A stretch of DNA of 64,000 nucleotides, from the NCBI GenBank assembly GCA_946404125.1, contig CAMJCK010000009.1, positions 14,006 to 78,005 on the forward strand, read 5' to 3'. Shown piece by piece: positions 43,500-53,962 of this stretch. Each line of letters opens with the position of its first letter. The first letter of the stretch is position 1. Source of the stretch: an uncultured Bacteroidota bacterium (lineage in GTDB: Bacteria > Bacteroidota > Bacteroidia > Bacteroidales > SZUA-534). The translations under genes were made by a program, and so were the position numbers. A model generated the notes under the pieces. The model made no database searches. It was given only the letters and a program-made list of their open reading frames with translations, and had not been told where the DNA came from.

Positions 43500-46262
43500 A
43501 TGGCTCAGGCTATGTTTTCTTCAGCCGAAAACATACTTTTACGGCGTTTAAACATCAGCATTTTGAAAAAACTTCTTCTGACACTGACTGTTCTTCTGTT
43601 TCTGACAGCCGCCGCCAATGCGCAAAAACTAAACGCCAAGGCCGACTTTGAGTGTCAGGGGCGTCCGCTGACCGAATTTCTCGACAAGGCCGAACCCGTT
43701 GCGGGCGTGCAATTCTTCTATAAAGACAATTGGGTGAACAGCATCACCATTCCGACAGCAACATCGGGAAAGGAAATCAAATGGGTGATTGACAATGCGA
43801 TAGCGGCCTATGGACTTACTTACATTGTTTTTCAGGAACGCAACATTATTTTCATCCCGCAAGGCTTCACCGTCGATAACGACAAGCTGATTGAGGGAAT
43901 GGTCGGCTACGTGAAAGTGATTGGCAATCTGATGGAAAAAGGCCGATACAAGCTCAACAAGGTCGAGGGCACCGTGCACGAAGGCAAGACTGGCGAACCG
44001 ATTGTGGGAGCCGTTGTCAACAACCGTGCTAACCGACTGGCCACCACCACCGACGTGAACGGCCACTACGAGCTGATGCTACCCGCCGGACAAACCGAAA
44101 TTGAGGTGTCGTTTGTGGGGCTTGAAACCGAGGTGATTAAGATTGATGTTTTGAGCCCCGGCAAGCTCGATGTTGACCTGATGGAGGCCTCAATTGCGCT
44201 TGACGGTGTGACAGTTACGGCTGCCGGCGGACGAAACCAAGTGAACCGCACGCAGATGGGCACCGAAATGATGGATATGCAGACAATCAAGAAGTTGCCC
44301 GTGCTGATGGGCGAAGCCGACATTATTCGCAGTATGACGCTGGCACCAGGCGTACAGACTCAAGGCGAGATGTCAACCGGATTCAACGTTCGCGGCGGCA
44401 ATGTTGACCAGAACCTTGTGCTGCTTAACGAAGCGCCGGTTTACAACACATCACACCTGTTCGGTCTGTTCTCAACGTTCATTCCGTCGGCAATCAGCGG
44501 TGTGGAGCTGTACAAAGGCTCGCAACCGGCAAGTTACGGTGGCCGTGTGGCCTCTGTAATGGACATCAGTCTGAAAAACGCCGACACAACCAAATTCCAC
44601 GGCAACGCCGGCATTGGAGTATTGAATAGTCAGGTTTTTATTGAAGCGCCGGTTGGTAAAAAATGCAGTTTCTACGCCGGTGGCCGCACAACTTACTCCA
44701 ATTGGATAATGCACAAAATCAAGAATGCGAACATCAAAAATAGCGAGGCCAATTTTTACGACCTCATTGCAAAAATTGATTTCAGACCCGGACGCAAACA
44801 CAGGCTCGAAGTGTTCGGCTACCGCAGTAACGATTTCTTCAACTATAACAATATCAGCCAGTTCGATTACACATCGCAGATAGCGGGGCTGAACTACCGC
44901 TGGAGCATTATGCCTCAGATGCAGATGAAGCTGTCGGCCGCTTATTCCGACTATAAATCAACACTTTCCGATTTAAGTCAAGAGTCGCTTGCCAGCGATG
45001 TGTCAACCGGCATCACCCACATTCGCGGCAAGGCCGAACTGATGGCCGACATCCTCCCCCACAACCTGAGTGTGGGTGTCGAGGCAAACCGACTGAAAAT
45101 CAACCCTGGAGAAAAAACTCCATACAACAACAAATCGTCGGTGCTTCCTGATGCTGTTGACAATGAATTGGGGCTCGAAATTGCTGCATTTATAGCTGAC
45201 AATTACTCGATTTCCGACAAACTGAGTCTGCTTGCCGGCTTGCGCTACTCCTGGTTCAGCAAATTGGGCGAATGCACTGAGGCTGTGTATTCTGACACGT
45301 TGCCTCGCAGCAACGTTTCTATTTGCGGCACAAACACTTACGCTAAGGGCAAGACCGTTAAACCATATCAGGGTTTGGAACCGCGCATCGGCTTGCGATA
45401 CAAAATAAGCAACACCAAAGCACTAAAGTTTGGATACAGTTATACACGTCAGTATCAGCAACTTGTGAGCAGCAACACATCTGCAATGCCGTCGGACTAT
45501 TGGAAAATGGCCGACAACCACATTAAGCCGATGACCTGCCAGCAGTTATCGGCAGGCTACTTCACAACACTGCTTGAGGACATTCTTGAATTATCGGCCG
45601 AAGTTTATTACAAAGTAGTTGAAAATCAGTTCGATTACAAGAATGGCGCGGTGCTAAGTATGAACAAGCACGTTGAGCAGGACATTCTGTCGGGCAAGGC
45701 GCGTTCGTATGGTGTTGAGTTGATGCTGAAAAAGAACGTCGGCAACTTTACGGGATGGATAAGTTACACATTATCAGATACTCGTATGAAAGTTGACGGA
45801 CAGTTCGATGAGGAGAAAATCAACGGCGGGCGCAGCTATCTCGCTAACACGCACCGCCGCCACGACCTAAGCGTAACTTCGAGCTATCAGATAACGCGCA
45901 GATGGATTGCATCGGCCAATTTTGTGCTGACCAGCGGGCGGCCGGCCACCTACCCCGAGTACAGCTACGTGATGGATGATATGACGATTGTCAACTACTC
46001 CGACCGCAACAAATACCAGCTGCCGGGCTATCACCGCCTCGACCTTTCGGCCACCTACGACGGATTCCTCAACAAGAAGAAGAAAGTTCACCCCTCGCTG
46101 ACGTTCGCTGTGTATAACGCCTACGGACACAAAAACATCTATTCGGTTTTCTATAAGAAAGATAAGCCGACAGCGCAGAACAATTACAACAGCTATGGTC
46201 TTTACAAACTATCGATAATCGGCGTGCCGATTCCATCGGTGACACTTAATCTTAAATTCTGA
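43500..46262 (+). CDS. TonB-dependent receptor with N-terminal STN-like and CarboxypepD_reg domains
   Basis: Signal peptide, then DFECQGRPLTEFLDKAEPVAGVQFFYKDNWV (STN-like). VEGTVHEGKTGEPIVGAVV (CarboxypepD_reg). Plug (MGEADIIRSMTLAPGVQ). Barrel ending LNLKF. ATG at 43500; the ORF-track start at 43485 is TTG. Confidence 0.85.
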   Translation: MAQAMFSSAENILLRRLNISILKKLLLTLTVLLFLTAAANAQKLNAKADFECQGRPLTEFLDKAEPVAGVQFFYKDNWVNSITIPTATSGKEIKWVIDNAIAAYGLTYIVFQERNIIFIPQGFTVDNDKLIEGMVGYVKVIGNLMEKGRYKLNKVEGTVHEGKTGEPIVGAVVNNRANRLATTTDVNGHYELMLPAGQTEIEVSFVGLETEVIKIDVLSPGKLDVDLMEASIALDGVTVTAAGGRNQVNRTQMGTEMMDMQTIKKLPVLMGEADIIRSMTLAPGVQTQGEMSTGFNVRGGNVDQNLVLLNEAPVYNTSHLFGLFSTFIPSAISGVELYKGSQPASYGGRVASVMDISLKNADTTKFHGNAGIGVLNSQVFIEAPVGKKCSFYAGGRTTYSNWIMHKIKNANIKNSEANFYDLIAKIDFRPGRKHRLEVFGYRSNDFFNYNNISQFDYTSQIAGLNYRWSIMPQMQMKLSAAYSDYKSTLSDLSQESLASDVSTGITHIRGKAELMADILPHNLSVGVEANRLKINPGEKTPYNNKSSVLPDAVDNELGLEIAAFIADNYSISDKLSLLAGLRYSWFSKLGECTEAVYSDTLPRSNVSICGTNTYAKGKTVKPYQGLEPRIGLRYKISNTKALKFGYSYTRQYQQLVSSNTSAMPSDYWKMADNHIKPMTCQQLSAGYFTTLLEDILELSAEVYYKVVENQFDYKNGAVLSMNKHVEQDILSGKARSYGVELMLKKNVGNFTGWISYTLSDTRMKVDGQFDEEKINGGRSYLANTHRRHDLSVTSSYQITRRWIASANFVLTSGRPATYPEYSYVMDDMTIVNYSDRNKYQLPGYHRLDLSATYDGFLNKKKKVHPSLTFAVYNAYGHKNIYSVFYKKDKPTAQNNYNSYGLYKLSIIGVPIPSVTLNLKF

Positions 46263-46264
46263 TT

Positions 46265-47332
46265 ATGAGAAGTTTGAAAATAATATTGTTTGCGATTTTG
46301 CTTGTGAGTTGTGAGGAGTATTTCAACCCCGATACCGATGCCACCGAACCCATCTATGTGTTTGAAGGCTTAGTTACCGACCAGCCAGGACCATACAAGG
46401 TGAAAGTATCAAAAAGTTACGGCTACAACGGCAAAATTGAAACCGTTACCGACGCTGATGTGCAAATAAAATGCAGCAACAAACCCTTGTACATTCTAAA
46501 ATGCGATTCGACAGGCTGTTACGTTTCCGATTCTGCCGCGTTCTTAGGCAAGGTCGGCATTTCGTACAAACTTATAGTCAACACATCAGACGGCAAACAC
46601 TTTGAATCTCCATTCGAAGAGATGCTTCCCTGCCCTGACATTGATGAGGTTGGCGGCATCTACTACGAAGAGAAAACTTTAACATACAATGGTAATGAAT
46701 ACTTCGACGAAGTTGAAACCGGAATCTGCGCTACCAACAAAACCAACGCTCTCGGATTCACGCCATACTACCGTTACGAATGCAAAATCATTTTACAGAC
46801 CCAGCAACATTATAACGCCACAGGTTTCACTGCCGACCGTTTCATTTACCACCCCTTGCTTTCAACCGGGCATTTGTTTATTGCCGACGCGAACAGCTAC
46901 ATCAACAATCAAATAATTGATAATCATACATATAAAACGGCTAACAGAACATTTTTCGTGGGAATTGATTCGTTAGTTGAAGGCGTAGAGGAATATGAAA
47001 TAATAAACCGTGGTGAGTTTGTACGCGTCAAACAATTATCAATGGACGAAAAGCAATATAAATTCTGGAAAGCTGTGAAAGACCAGCAGGAAAACACAAA
47101 TTACCTTTTCGGGCAAGTCGAAAACCGTCCTGTAGGGAATATTAGCGGGAAAAACGGAGAAAAAGCATTAGGATACTTCTGCGTTTCGTCTGTAAAACAA
47201 AATTTCTGCGCTTTGAGTCTGAACGAATCAAAGAAAATTGTCAAAAGGTATGACATCGACTATTTTCCTGATACAGACACTGTTGCTATTTACAGTCGTT
47301 GGCAAAGATTCACCAAAGCGTTCGAAAACTAA
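46265..47332 (+). CDS. DUF4249-like lipoprotein
   Basis: Lipobox LLVSCEEYFNPD and the LVVEG..TD-like beginning (YVFEGLVTDQPGPY) typical of DUF4249 partners of TonB receptors. Lies 2 nt after the receptor gene. Confidence 0.7.
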   Translation: MRSLKIILFAILLVSCEEYFNPDTDATEPIYVFEGLVTDQPGPYKVKVSKSYGYNGKIETVTDADVQIKCSNKPLYILKCDSTGCYVSDSAAFLGKVGISYKLIVNTSDGKHFESPFEEMLPCPDIDEVGGIYYEEKTLTYNGNEYFDEVETGICATNKTNALGFTPYYRYECKIILQTQQHYNATGFTADRFIYHPLLSTGHLFIADANSYINNQIIDNHTYKTANRTFFVGIDSLVEGVEEYEIINRGEFVRVKQLSMDEKQYKFWKAVKDQQENTNYLFGQVENRPVGNISGKNGEKALGYFCVSSVKQNFCALSLNESKKIVKRYDIDYFPDTDTVAIYSRWQRFTKAFEN

Positions 47333-47336
47333 AAAA

Positions 47337-48974
47337 ATGATTATCAGATTTATATCGATATTATTCTTACTGACGGCAACCATCGGGGCCTCCGCTCAAC
47401 GCCTTATACGGGAACACCCTATTGTGCTGAAAACCGACCGCAGCAACTACATTTCGGGCGACAACGCGCTATTCAGCCTGTTTTTGTACGATGGCCTTGT
47501 AACTGATTCCGAACCAGGAACTGACATCTATGTTGACCTTACCGACATCAAAAACAATTGGATAACTGGCACAGTTGTAAAAGTTGAAAATGGCCGCGCA
47601 TCGGGAATGCTCGAAATACCAGACGACCTTTTAACGGCTTATTACAAATTACGCGCATACACAAACTATCCCAATATGGATAATTATTTGTGTATTAGCG
47701 AGATTTATATCGCCAACAGGTTTGGAAACAGTTCCGAGACGATTTTACGAAGCCGTCTTTCAAAAGCTGAAAATGAATCTACCGGCCCGATTATCGGGAT
47801 AGGAAAAACTGAATTCCACACAAAAGAGAAATTCGATATTGCCTTTGATTGCCCCGATTCGGTTTCGGCAATGGTGCGAATTGTTAGCAAAAAACAATGG
47901 GACAGTGAGTTGAAACACAATTATGCCAAGATTGAGCCATTCAAACAAAACGAAGGCTTTTCGGCGCTCACACCTTACGACGGCATTCTGGTGGCCGGCA
48001 CCGTCACTGATTCTGTTTCGGGTGCGCCAATTGATAATGCCATTGTGCTTATATCGCTGCAAGACAGCATTGTTCGCTTGATGTACGATGTGACTGACAG
48101 TGAAGGCTCGTTCTGCGTTCTGCTGCACAACTACTATGGTCAGCAGGAAGTGTTTGTGAGTGCGTTCAACCTTCAGATGGAACCGTTACGCAACACACAA
48201 ATCACTCTGTGCGAACAGTTTAAATACACCATTGCCGACTTGTCTGATTTTGAAACCGTGTTGCCCGAAACCGATAGTACTGAACTTAATAAGGCGCTGA
48301 TTGCCAAAGCATTTGAGATGCAGCAGTTTGCACCGTTAGGCATCGAAAACAGGCCTGCCGCTTTGTTCGACCATTTTGTGGTAGGCGAACCGCGACAATC
48401 AGTTCATACCGAAGATTTTATCGAACTTAATGACTTCCGTGAGATTACGCGTGAGATAACCCCGTTTATCCGCATACGCAAAGACAAAAACGGCCAACCC
48501 GAGCTGAGAGTGGTCTCCGACAAGGGTCTTGTTACTCCCAACCCGCTGCTGCTTGTCGACGGCGTGCCACTGACTGACCTTAATCTGCTGATGGACAAGG
48601 GTAGCACAACCATAAAACGCGTTGACACGCAAAACAAACCACGAAACTTTGGCAACATCAGTTTCAACAATGGCATTGTGGCCGTCTGGACGCACAAACT
48701 CGATTTCTGGGAAAATCTTCACGTGCCTGGCACTTATCGATTTGTGGTTCAAGGATTTCAGCCGCCAGTAACAGAGTCTGTACCCGCGCCTTCTAAAGAC
48801 CGTCTGCCCGATTTGCGGCAAACCATCTATTGGAATCCGCAGGTGAACACCACAGAGCAGAAAAGCATCAGCGCCACACTGTCTGACGAGACCGGCGAAT
48901 TTGTGATTGAATTCTTCGGCATCGACCGCAACGGCAAAATCGTCAGCGACTACAAACTGATTAACGTAAGATAG
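47337..48974 (+). CDS. Hypothetical secreted protein with MG2-like, CarboxypepD_reg-like and Plug-like segments but no beta-barrel
   Basis: Signal peptide MIIRFISILFLLTATIGASAQ. YISGDNALFSLFLYDG (MG2-like). ILVAGTVTDSVSGAPIDNAIVLISL (CarboxypepD_reg-like). PLLLVDGVPLTDLNLLMDKGSTTIKRVDT (plug-like). Only 545 aa. Confidence 0.65.
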   Translation: MIIRFISILFLLTATIGASAQRLIREHPIVLKTDRSNYISGDNALFSLFLYDGLVTDSEPGTDIYVDLTDIKNNWITGTVVKVENGRASGMLEIPDDLLTAYYKLRAYTNYPNMDNYLCISEIYIANRFGNSSETILRSRLSKAENESTGPIIGIGKTEFHTKEKFDIAFDCPDSVSAMVRIVSKKQWDSELKHNYAKIEPFKQNEGFSALTPYDGILVAGTVTDSVSGAPIDNAIVLISLQDSIVRLMYDVTDSEGSFCVLLHNYYGQQEVFVSAFNLQMEPLRNTQITLCEQFKYTIADLSDFETVLPETDSTELNKALIAKAFEMQQFAPLGIENRPAALFDHFVVGEPRQSVHTEDFIELNDFREITREITPFIRIRKDKNGQPELRVVSDKGLVTPNPLLLVDGVPLTDLNLLMDKGSTTIKRVDTQNKPRNFGNISFNNGIVAVWTHKLDFWENLHVPGTYRFVVQGFQPPVTESVPAPSKDRLPDLRQTIYWNPQVNTTEQKSISATLSDETGEFVIEFFGIDRNGKIVSDYKLINVR

Positions 48975-48976
48975 CA

Positions 48977-49672
48977 ATGGCATCGATAAAATACATATTA
49001 ACAATAATTTGCATCGCGGCAACGCTAATAGCCGACGCCCAAGGCTCACTAACACGAAAATCGGCCATCCAGCACATCACGGGCGAACCGTTTGTGCACT
49101 ACTACGCATCTTTCGACGGCGTGCCGTTCTACCGCGGCGACTGGCTGACGGGCAGCGTGACTATGAAAAGCGGCGAGACGTACAACGGCCTCCAACTGCG
49201 CTACGACGACTACAAAGACGACCTGATTTACCAGAACGACATCACCAACAATGTCATCATAATCGACAAAAACTCGATTGCGCAGTTCTGCCTCACATTG
49301 CCAAACGGCAAAATTGAGACATTCAAACTTATTGAGCATCAAAATCTTAAAGATTTCAGCGGCAGCTATTTCGCCATCATTCTCGAAGACAGCCTTTCGG
49401 TGATAAAAAAATATCAGGCCAAAGAAGAGCGGTACAGCAACGTGAATATGACGCTGAAAAAAACTGGCGCGTTTGTGCAGAAAGAGAGCCGCTACACGTG
49501 GGACGGCAACGAGCTGAAGGGCGTCCCCCGCTTCCGCCGTATGATTCTGCGCCAATATCCGCAATACAAGGATGAGTTGCGTAAATTCCTATTCCACAAC
49601 CACATCCGTATGAAAAACGATGACGATGTGAGGTTGCTGTATGAGGAGATTAACCGGCTGGAGAGAAAATAG
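48977..49672 (+). CDS. Hypothetical secreted protein
   Basis: Signal peptide MASIKYILTIICIAATLIADAQ. Lies 2 nt after the previous gene. No family recognised. Confidence 0.6.
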   Translation: MASIKYILTIICIAATLIADAQGSLTRKSAIQHITGEPFVHYYASFDGVPFYRGDWLTGSVTMKSGETYNGLQLRYDDYKDDLIYQNDITNNVIIIDKNSIAQFCLTLPNGKIETFKLIEHQNLKDFSGSYFAIILEDSLSVIKKYQAKEERYSNVNMTLKKTGAFVQKESRYTWDGNELKGVPRFRRMILRQYPQYKDELRKFLFHNHIRMKNDDDVRLLYEEINRLERK

Positions 49673-49787
49673 CCGTCAGTTTTTGCCGACCCATCGACTC
49701 AAATTGCGATGCCATAAACATCTGCAAAAAACTCTTTCGTTTCTCTAAAGAATAGCGCAAATTTGCAGCCGCAAAAAAAATATTGAA

Positions 49788-50564
49788 ATGGGTATCATAA
49801 TCAAGAACGCAGAGCAGATTGACGGCATCCGCAAGAGCGCGAAACTGGCGGCTGCTTCGCTCGATTTCATCGGAGAATACATTAAGCCGGGCGTTGACAC
49901 CGAGCGCCTCGACAACCTCATCAACGAGTTCATCTGCGACCACGGCGCCATATCGGCGTGCAAGGGTTACGGCGACTTCCCGAAATACTGCTGCATATCG
50001 CCCAACAACGTGGTGTGCCACGGGATTCCATCGCCCGACACCATCCTCAAAGAAGGCGACATTGTCAACATCGATGTCACCACCATTCTCAACGGCTACT
50101 ATGGCGACACAAGCCGGATGTTCACCGTTGGCGAAATCTCGCAACAGGCTCAGGACCTGATAGATGCAACCAAGCATTGCCTCGATTTGGGCATTGAGCA
50201 GGTACGTCCGAAAAACACTTTCGGCAACATCGGGTTTTTCATTGCCCGATACGCGCAGATGAAAGGTTACAGCGTTGTTTGGGAGTTCTGCGGACACGGC
50301 GTGGGCATTGAATTCCACGAGGAGCCGCAGGTTGACCACATCGCCCGCCGCAACTCGGGGGCCATTATGCGTCCGGGAATGATTTTCACCATCGAGCCGA
50401 TGATTAACCAAGGCAAGGCCCGAGTTGATATTGACAAGAACGACGGCTGGACGGCACGCACCATCGACGGCAAGCTGTCGGCGCAGTTTGAGCACACTGT
50501 GCTGGTTACCGAAACCGGAGTGGAGGTGCTGTCAGACATTCACGACGAATATCCAATCAGATAG
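49788..50564 (+). CDS. map: Type I methionine aminopeptidase
   Basis: VVCHGIP, NIDVT, GHGVG, FTIEP and FEHTV metal-ligand motifs. Confidence 0.95.
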   Translation: MGIIIKNAEQIDGIRKSAKLAAASLDFIGEYIKPGVDTERLDNLINEFICDHGAISACKGYGDFPKYCCISPNNVVCHGIPSPDTILKEGDIVNIDVTTILNGYYGDTSRMFTVGEISQQAQDLIDATKHCLDLGIEQVRPKNTFGNIGFFIARYAQMKGYSVVWEFCGHGVGIEFHEEPQVDHIARRNSGAIMRPGMIFTIEPMINQGKARVDIDKNDGWTARTIDGKLSAQFEHTVLVTETGVEVLSDIHDEYPIR

Positions 50565-50585
50565 GATTCTACAAAGTTGTATAAC

Positions 50586-50614
50586 AAAAACGGCTGCCCT
50601 TTGAGCAGCCGTTT
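50586..50614. terminator. Bidirectional terminator between map and hisS
   Basis: aaaacggctgc (50586-50596) pairs with gcagccgtttt (50604-50614). Confidence 0.8.
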
Positions 50615-50653
50615 TCTATTTTACCAATTCGGTAACAATCGTTTACAACGAGT

Positions 50654-52027
50654 CTATTTGTTTTTCAGCAAGTCAACAACTTCGTCGGGCGAAAGTTGTT
50701 GCTGCTCACCGGTTGCCATATTCTTCAGCATCACCTTGCCCTCGTTCACCTCGTTCTCGCCCACCACAGCCACAAACGGGATGTTGCGCCCGTTGGCGTA
50801 CGACATCTGTTTCTTCATCTTGGCTGGCTCGGGATAGAGTTCGGTGCTGATGCCAGCAGCACGCATTTTAGCAACCACGGGTAGGCACCACTGCTGCTCG
50901 GTTTCGCCAAACGTAACAAACAGCAGTTGAGTTGATTGCGTTGCCGACTGCGGGTAAAGATTGAGTTGGTCGAGCACGTCGTAGATGCGGTCGGCACCAA
51001 ACGAGATGCCAACGCCCGAAACGCCAGGCATTCCAAAAATTCCTGTCAGGTCGTCGTAGCGGCCGCCGCCTGTGATTGAGCCAATCTGCACATCGAGCGC
51101 CTTAACCTCGAAGATGGCGCCCGTGTAGTAGTTCAGGCCACGGGCCAGCGTCAGGTCAAGGTCGATTTGCGTTTGCAGGCCAAGCGGCTCAATGGCATCG
51201 AAAATGGCTGTCAGTTCGGCAATGCCCTTCTGTCCCACTTCGCTGTCTTTCAGCACGTTTGCGATTTGTGCAAGTTTTTGGCGATTATCGCCGCTCAAGG
51301 CCAGAATCGGCTGCAAGCGGGCAATTGAATCGCTGCTCAAACCCTTGTCGGCCAACTCTTTGTTGACGTTCTCAATTCCAATTTTGTCAAGTTTGTCGAT
51401 GGCAACGGTGATGTCCATCATCTTGTCGGGTGCGCCGATGGCCTCGGCAATTCCCGCCAGAATCTTGCGGTTGTTGATTTTCAGCGCCACGCGGATGCCT
51501 AAACGCTGATAGACATCGTTAACTATCTGAATCAGTTCAACTTCGTTCATCAGCGAGTCGCTGCCAACAATGTCAACATCGCACTGGTAGAACTCGCGGT
51601 AACGGCCCTTCTGGGGCTTGTCGGCACGCCAAACGGGCTGAATCTGATAACGCTTGAACGGGAACTGAAGGTCGTTGCGGTGCTGCACCACAAAGCGCGC
51701 AAACGGCACGGTGAGGTCGTAGCGCAGACCTTTTTCCGAAATCTTGTTGGTAACCTTCACAGAATCTTTCGATTGCAGAAGTTCGGCATCAACATTGCCA
51801 AGATAATCGCCCGAGTTCAGAATTTTGAAGAGCAGTTTGTCGCCCTCCTCGCCGTACTTGCCCATCAGGGTTGAGAGGTTCTCGGTTGCGGGTGTCTCAA
51901 TCTGTTGAAAACCATAGAGTTTGAACACACTTTTGATGGTATCGAAAATGTAGTTGCGCTTAATCATCTCGGCCGGACCGAAATCGCGCGTGCCTTTTGG
52001 TATCGAAGGTGTCTGAACTTGTGCCAT
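50654..52027 (-). CDS. hisS: Histidine--tRNA ligase
   Basis: PKGTRDF, class II motif 2 ([21 protein letters not shown]), motif 3 (GGGRYDDL) and an anticodon-binding C-terminus. ATG at 52027 (MAQVQ) is preferred over 52051. Confidence 0.95.
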   Translation of the reverse strand: MAQVQTPSIPKGTRDFGPAEMIKRNYIFDTIKSVFKLYGFQQIETPATENLSTLMGKYGEEGDKLLFKILNSGDYLGNVDAELLQSKDSVKVTNKISEKGLRYDLTVPFARFVVQHRNDLQFPFKRYQIQPVWRADKPQKGRYREFYQCDVDIVGSDSLMNEVELIQIVNDVYQRLGIRVALKINNRKILAGIAEAIGAPDKMMDITVAIDKLDKIGIENVNKELADKGLSSDSIARLQPILALSGDNRQKLAQIANVLKDSEVGQKGIAELTAIFDAIEPLGLQTQIDLDLTLARGLNYYTGAIFEVKALDVQIGSITGGGRYDDLTGIFGMPGVSGVGISFGADRIYDVLDQLNLYPQSATQSTQLLFVTFGETEQQWCLPVVAKMRAAGISTELYPEPAKMKKQMSYANGRNIPFVAVVGENEVNEGKVMLKNMATGEQQQLSPDEVVDLLKNK

Positions 52028-52112
52028 AATTTTGTCCTTTTTATAATGCAAATGCCAAGACTTGTAGGCCTTGGCTCTGCATAAAGTTATGAATATCGAT
52101 GTTTTACAAAAA

Positions 52113-53540
52113 TCAAATTTTCAGTTTTTTCTCAATCTCCTCAATGTAGCCCTTGAACTGGCGGTCGGTGTCGATGAGGTTGTTCACCGTCTTGCAGGCG
52201 TGCAGAACCGTTGCGTGGTCTTTTCCGCCGATTTGCGAGCCGATGGTTGCCAGCGACAGCTTGGTCATATGTTTTGCGAAATACATTGCAATCTGCCGTG
52301 CCTGAACAATCTCACGTTTGCGCGTCTTCGACGTGATGGCGTCAGACTGCAGGTTGAAATAGTCGCACACAACCTTCTGTATGTAGCTGACACTCAGCTC
52401 ACGAGTGGTGTTCTTCACCAGCTTGTCGATAATCTGGCGGGCCAGGTCAATGGTGATGGTCTCCTTGTTGAGCGTTGAGTGCGCCAAAAGTGAAATCAGG
52501 GCGCCTTCCAGCTCACGTATGTTGTTGGTAATGTGAGCGGCAACGTAATCGAGAATGTCGTCGCCAATCTCAATGCCCTCGTTGTAGGCGAACTGCTTCA
52601 ATATCGCTTTGCGCGAATCGTAGTCGGGATTGGTCAGCTCAGCCGACAAGCCCCATTTGAATCGCGACAGCAGACGCTCCTCAATGCCATCCATATCGGC
52701 CGGAGCCGTATCCGAAGTGATAATGAGCTGTTTGCCGTTCTGGTGCAGATTATTGAAAATCTCGAAGAAGATGTCTTGCGTTTTCGGTTTGCCGGCAAAC
52801 TCGTGAATATCATCAACAATCAGCAAATCAATCATTTGATAGAAATGCAGGAAATCGGTGCGGGTGTTGTTCTGCGTTGCGTAGGCGAACTGTGTGTGGA
52901 ATTCGTGCCCCGACACATACAGCACCACCTTGTCCTGGAAACGGTCTTTGGTCTCGTTGCCGATGGCCTGCGCCAGATGAGTCTTGCCAAGTCCCGAGCC
53001 GCCGTAGATAAACAGTGGGTTGAAAGTTGTCTTGCCCGGATTGGTGGCGATGGCATAGCCCGCCGAACGCGCCAAGCGGTTGAACTCACCTTCCACCAGA
53101 CGGTTGAAAGTGTTGCGGTTGTTGAGTTTCGGATCAATCTGCACGCGAGGAATTCCCGGAATCACAAACGGATTCTTTATCGATGAGTGGTCCTCGTTGG
53201 GAAGAGTAACCGGCTTATTATAACGTTCTTTCTTGTCAAAAGTAGGCAGCTTGGTGATGGTCGGTCGGTCGTCCGGACGGATGTTGTTCTGCATCACAAC
53301 ATAATACTCAAGACCGGCGCCCTCACCCAACTCAATCTGCAACGCCTTGCGAAGCAAATCAATATAGGCTTCCTCGATGTACTCGTAGTAGAACTGGCTC
53401 GGTACCTGAATCGTCAGCAACTTACCATCAAGCTTGATTGGAACTATGGTCTCAAACCAGGTTCTGTACTCAGCGGCTTTTACATTGTCCTTAATAAAGC
53501 GCAAGCAGTTATCCCATACTTGCTTGTAATCCTTACTCAT
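52113..53540 (-). CDS. dnaA: Chromosomal replication initiator protein DnaA
   Basis: Walker [19 protein letters not shown] box, sensor motifs and the C-terminal DNA-binding helix [20 protein letters not shown] at 53540 (MSKDYKQVW) is preferred. Confidence 0.95.
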   Translation of the reverse strand: MSKDYKQVWDNCLRFIKDNVKAAEYRTWFETIVPIKLDGKLLTIQVPSQFYYEYIEEAYIDLLRKALQIELGEGAGLEYYVVMQNNIRPDDRPTITKLPTFDKKERYNKPVTLPNEDHSSIKNPFVIPGIPRVQIDPKLNNRNTFNRLVEGEFNRLARSAGYAIATNPGKTTFNPLFIYGGSGLGKTHLAQAIGNETKDRFQDKVVLYVSGHEFHTQFAYATQNNTRTDFLHFYQMIDLLIVDDIHEFAGKPKTQDIFFEIFNNLHQNGKQLIITSDTAPADMDGIEERLLSRFKWGLSAELTNPDYDSRKAILKQFAYNEGIEIGDDILDYVAAHITNNIRELEGALISLLAHSTLNKETITIDLARQIIDKLVKNTTRELSVSYIQKVVCDYFNLQSDAITSKTRKREIVQARQIAMYFAKHMTKLSLATIGSQIGGKDHATVLHACKTVNNLIDTDRQFKGYIEEIEKKLKI

Positions 53541-53873
53541 CTGATAATTAATGATTTGTTTTTTGTCGTTTTCGACGTACAAACATTGTTAAAAAATCGG
53601 AGAAAAAAAACTGTTTTGGGTGTTGCAAAATTCACTTTTCCGTTATTGTTCTAAATATCAAACGAAAAAAAATTTCACTTTTTTAAAAATTTTTATAAAA
53701 TATTGATTACCAATAAACTACAAGTAAGTTTCATAACTTGTTGAAAACTAAATCGGTAATATTTTCGGGCAACTTTAAGTGGATTTTCCGACCATTTTTT
53801 TGACAAAAATCGACGAAAAAAACGCTTTTTTTCCGCCCTCAAAAACCAACCCAAATCCAGTGTGTTGAAAAAC

Positions 53874-53895
53874 AAAAAATGCCGGATTCGGGCAT
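53874..53895 (-). terminator. Terminator-like hairpin after the amidase gene
   Basis: The minus strand reads ATGCC-CGAATCC-GGCAT followed by TTTTTT. Confidence 0.6.
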
Positions 53896-53962
53896 CGATT
53901 TTCCCAAAATCCGGCGGGATTTTTCTCATATTATTATATGGTATCGGAAGAAATTTCGGCTT

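Noticed and set aside
53541-53873. Annotating a definite oriC with DnaA boxes
   Set aside because: There is no 9/9 or 8/9 match to TTATCCACA in the spacer. It is kept only as a hypothesis in the findings.
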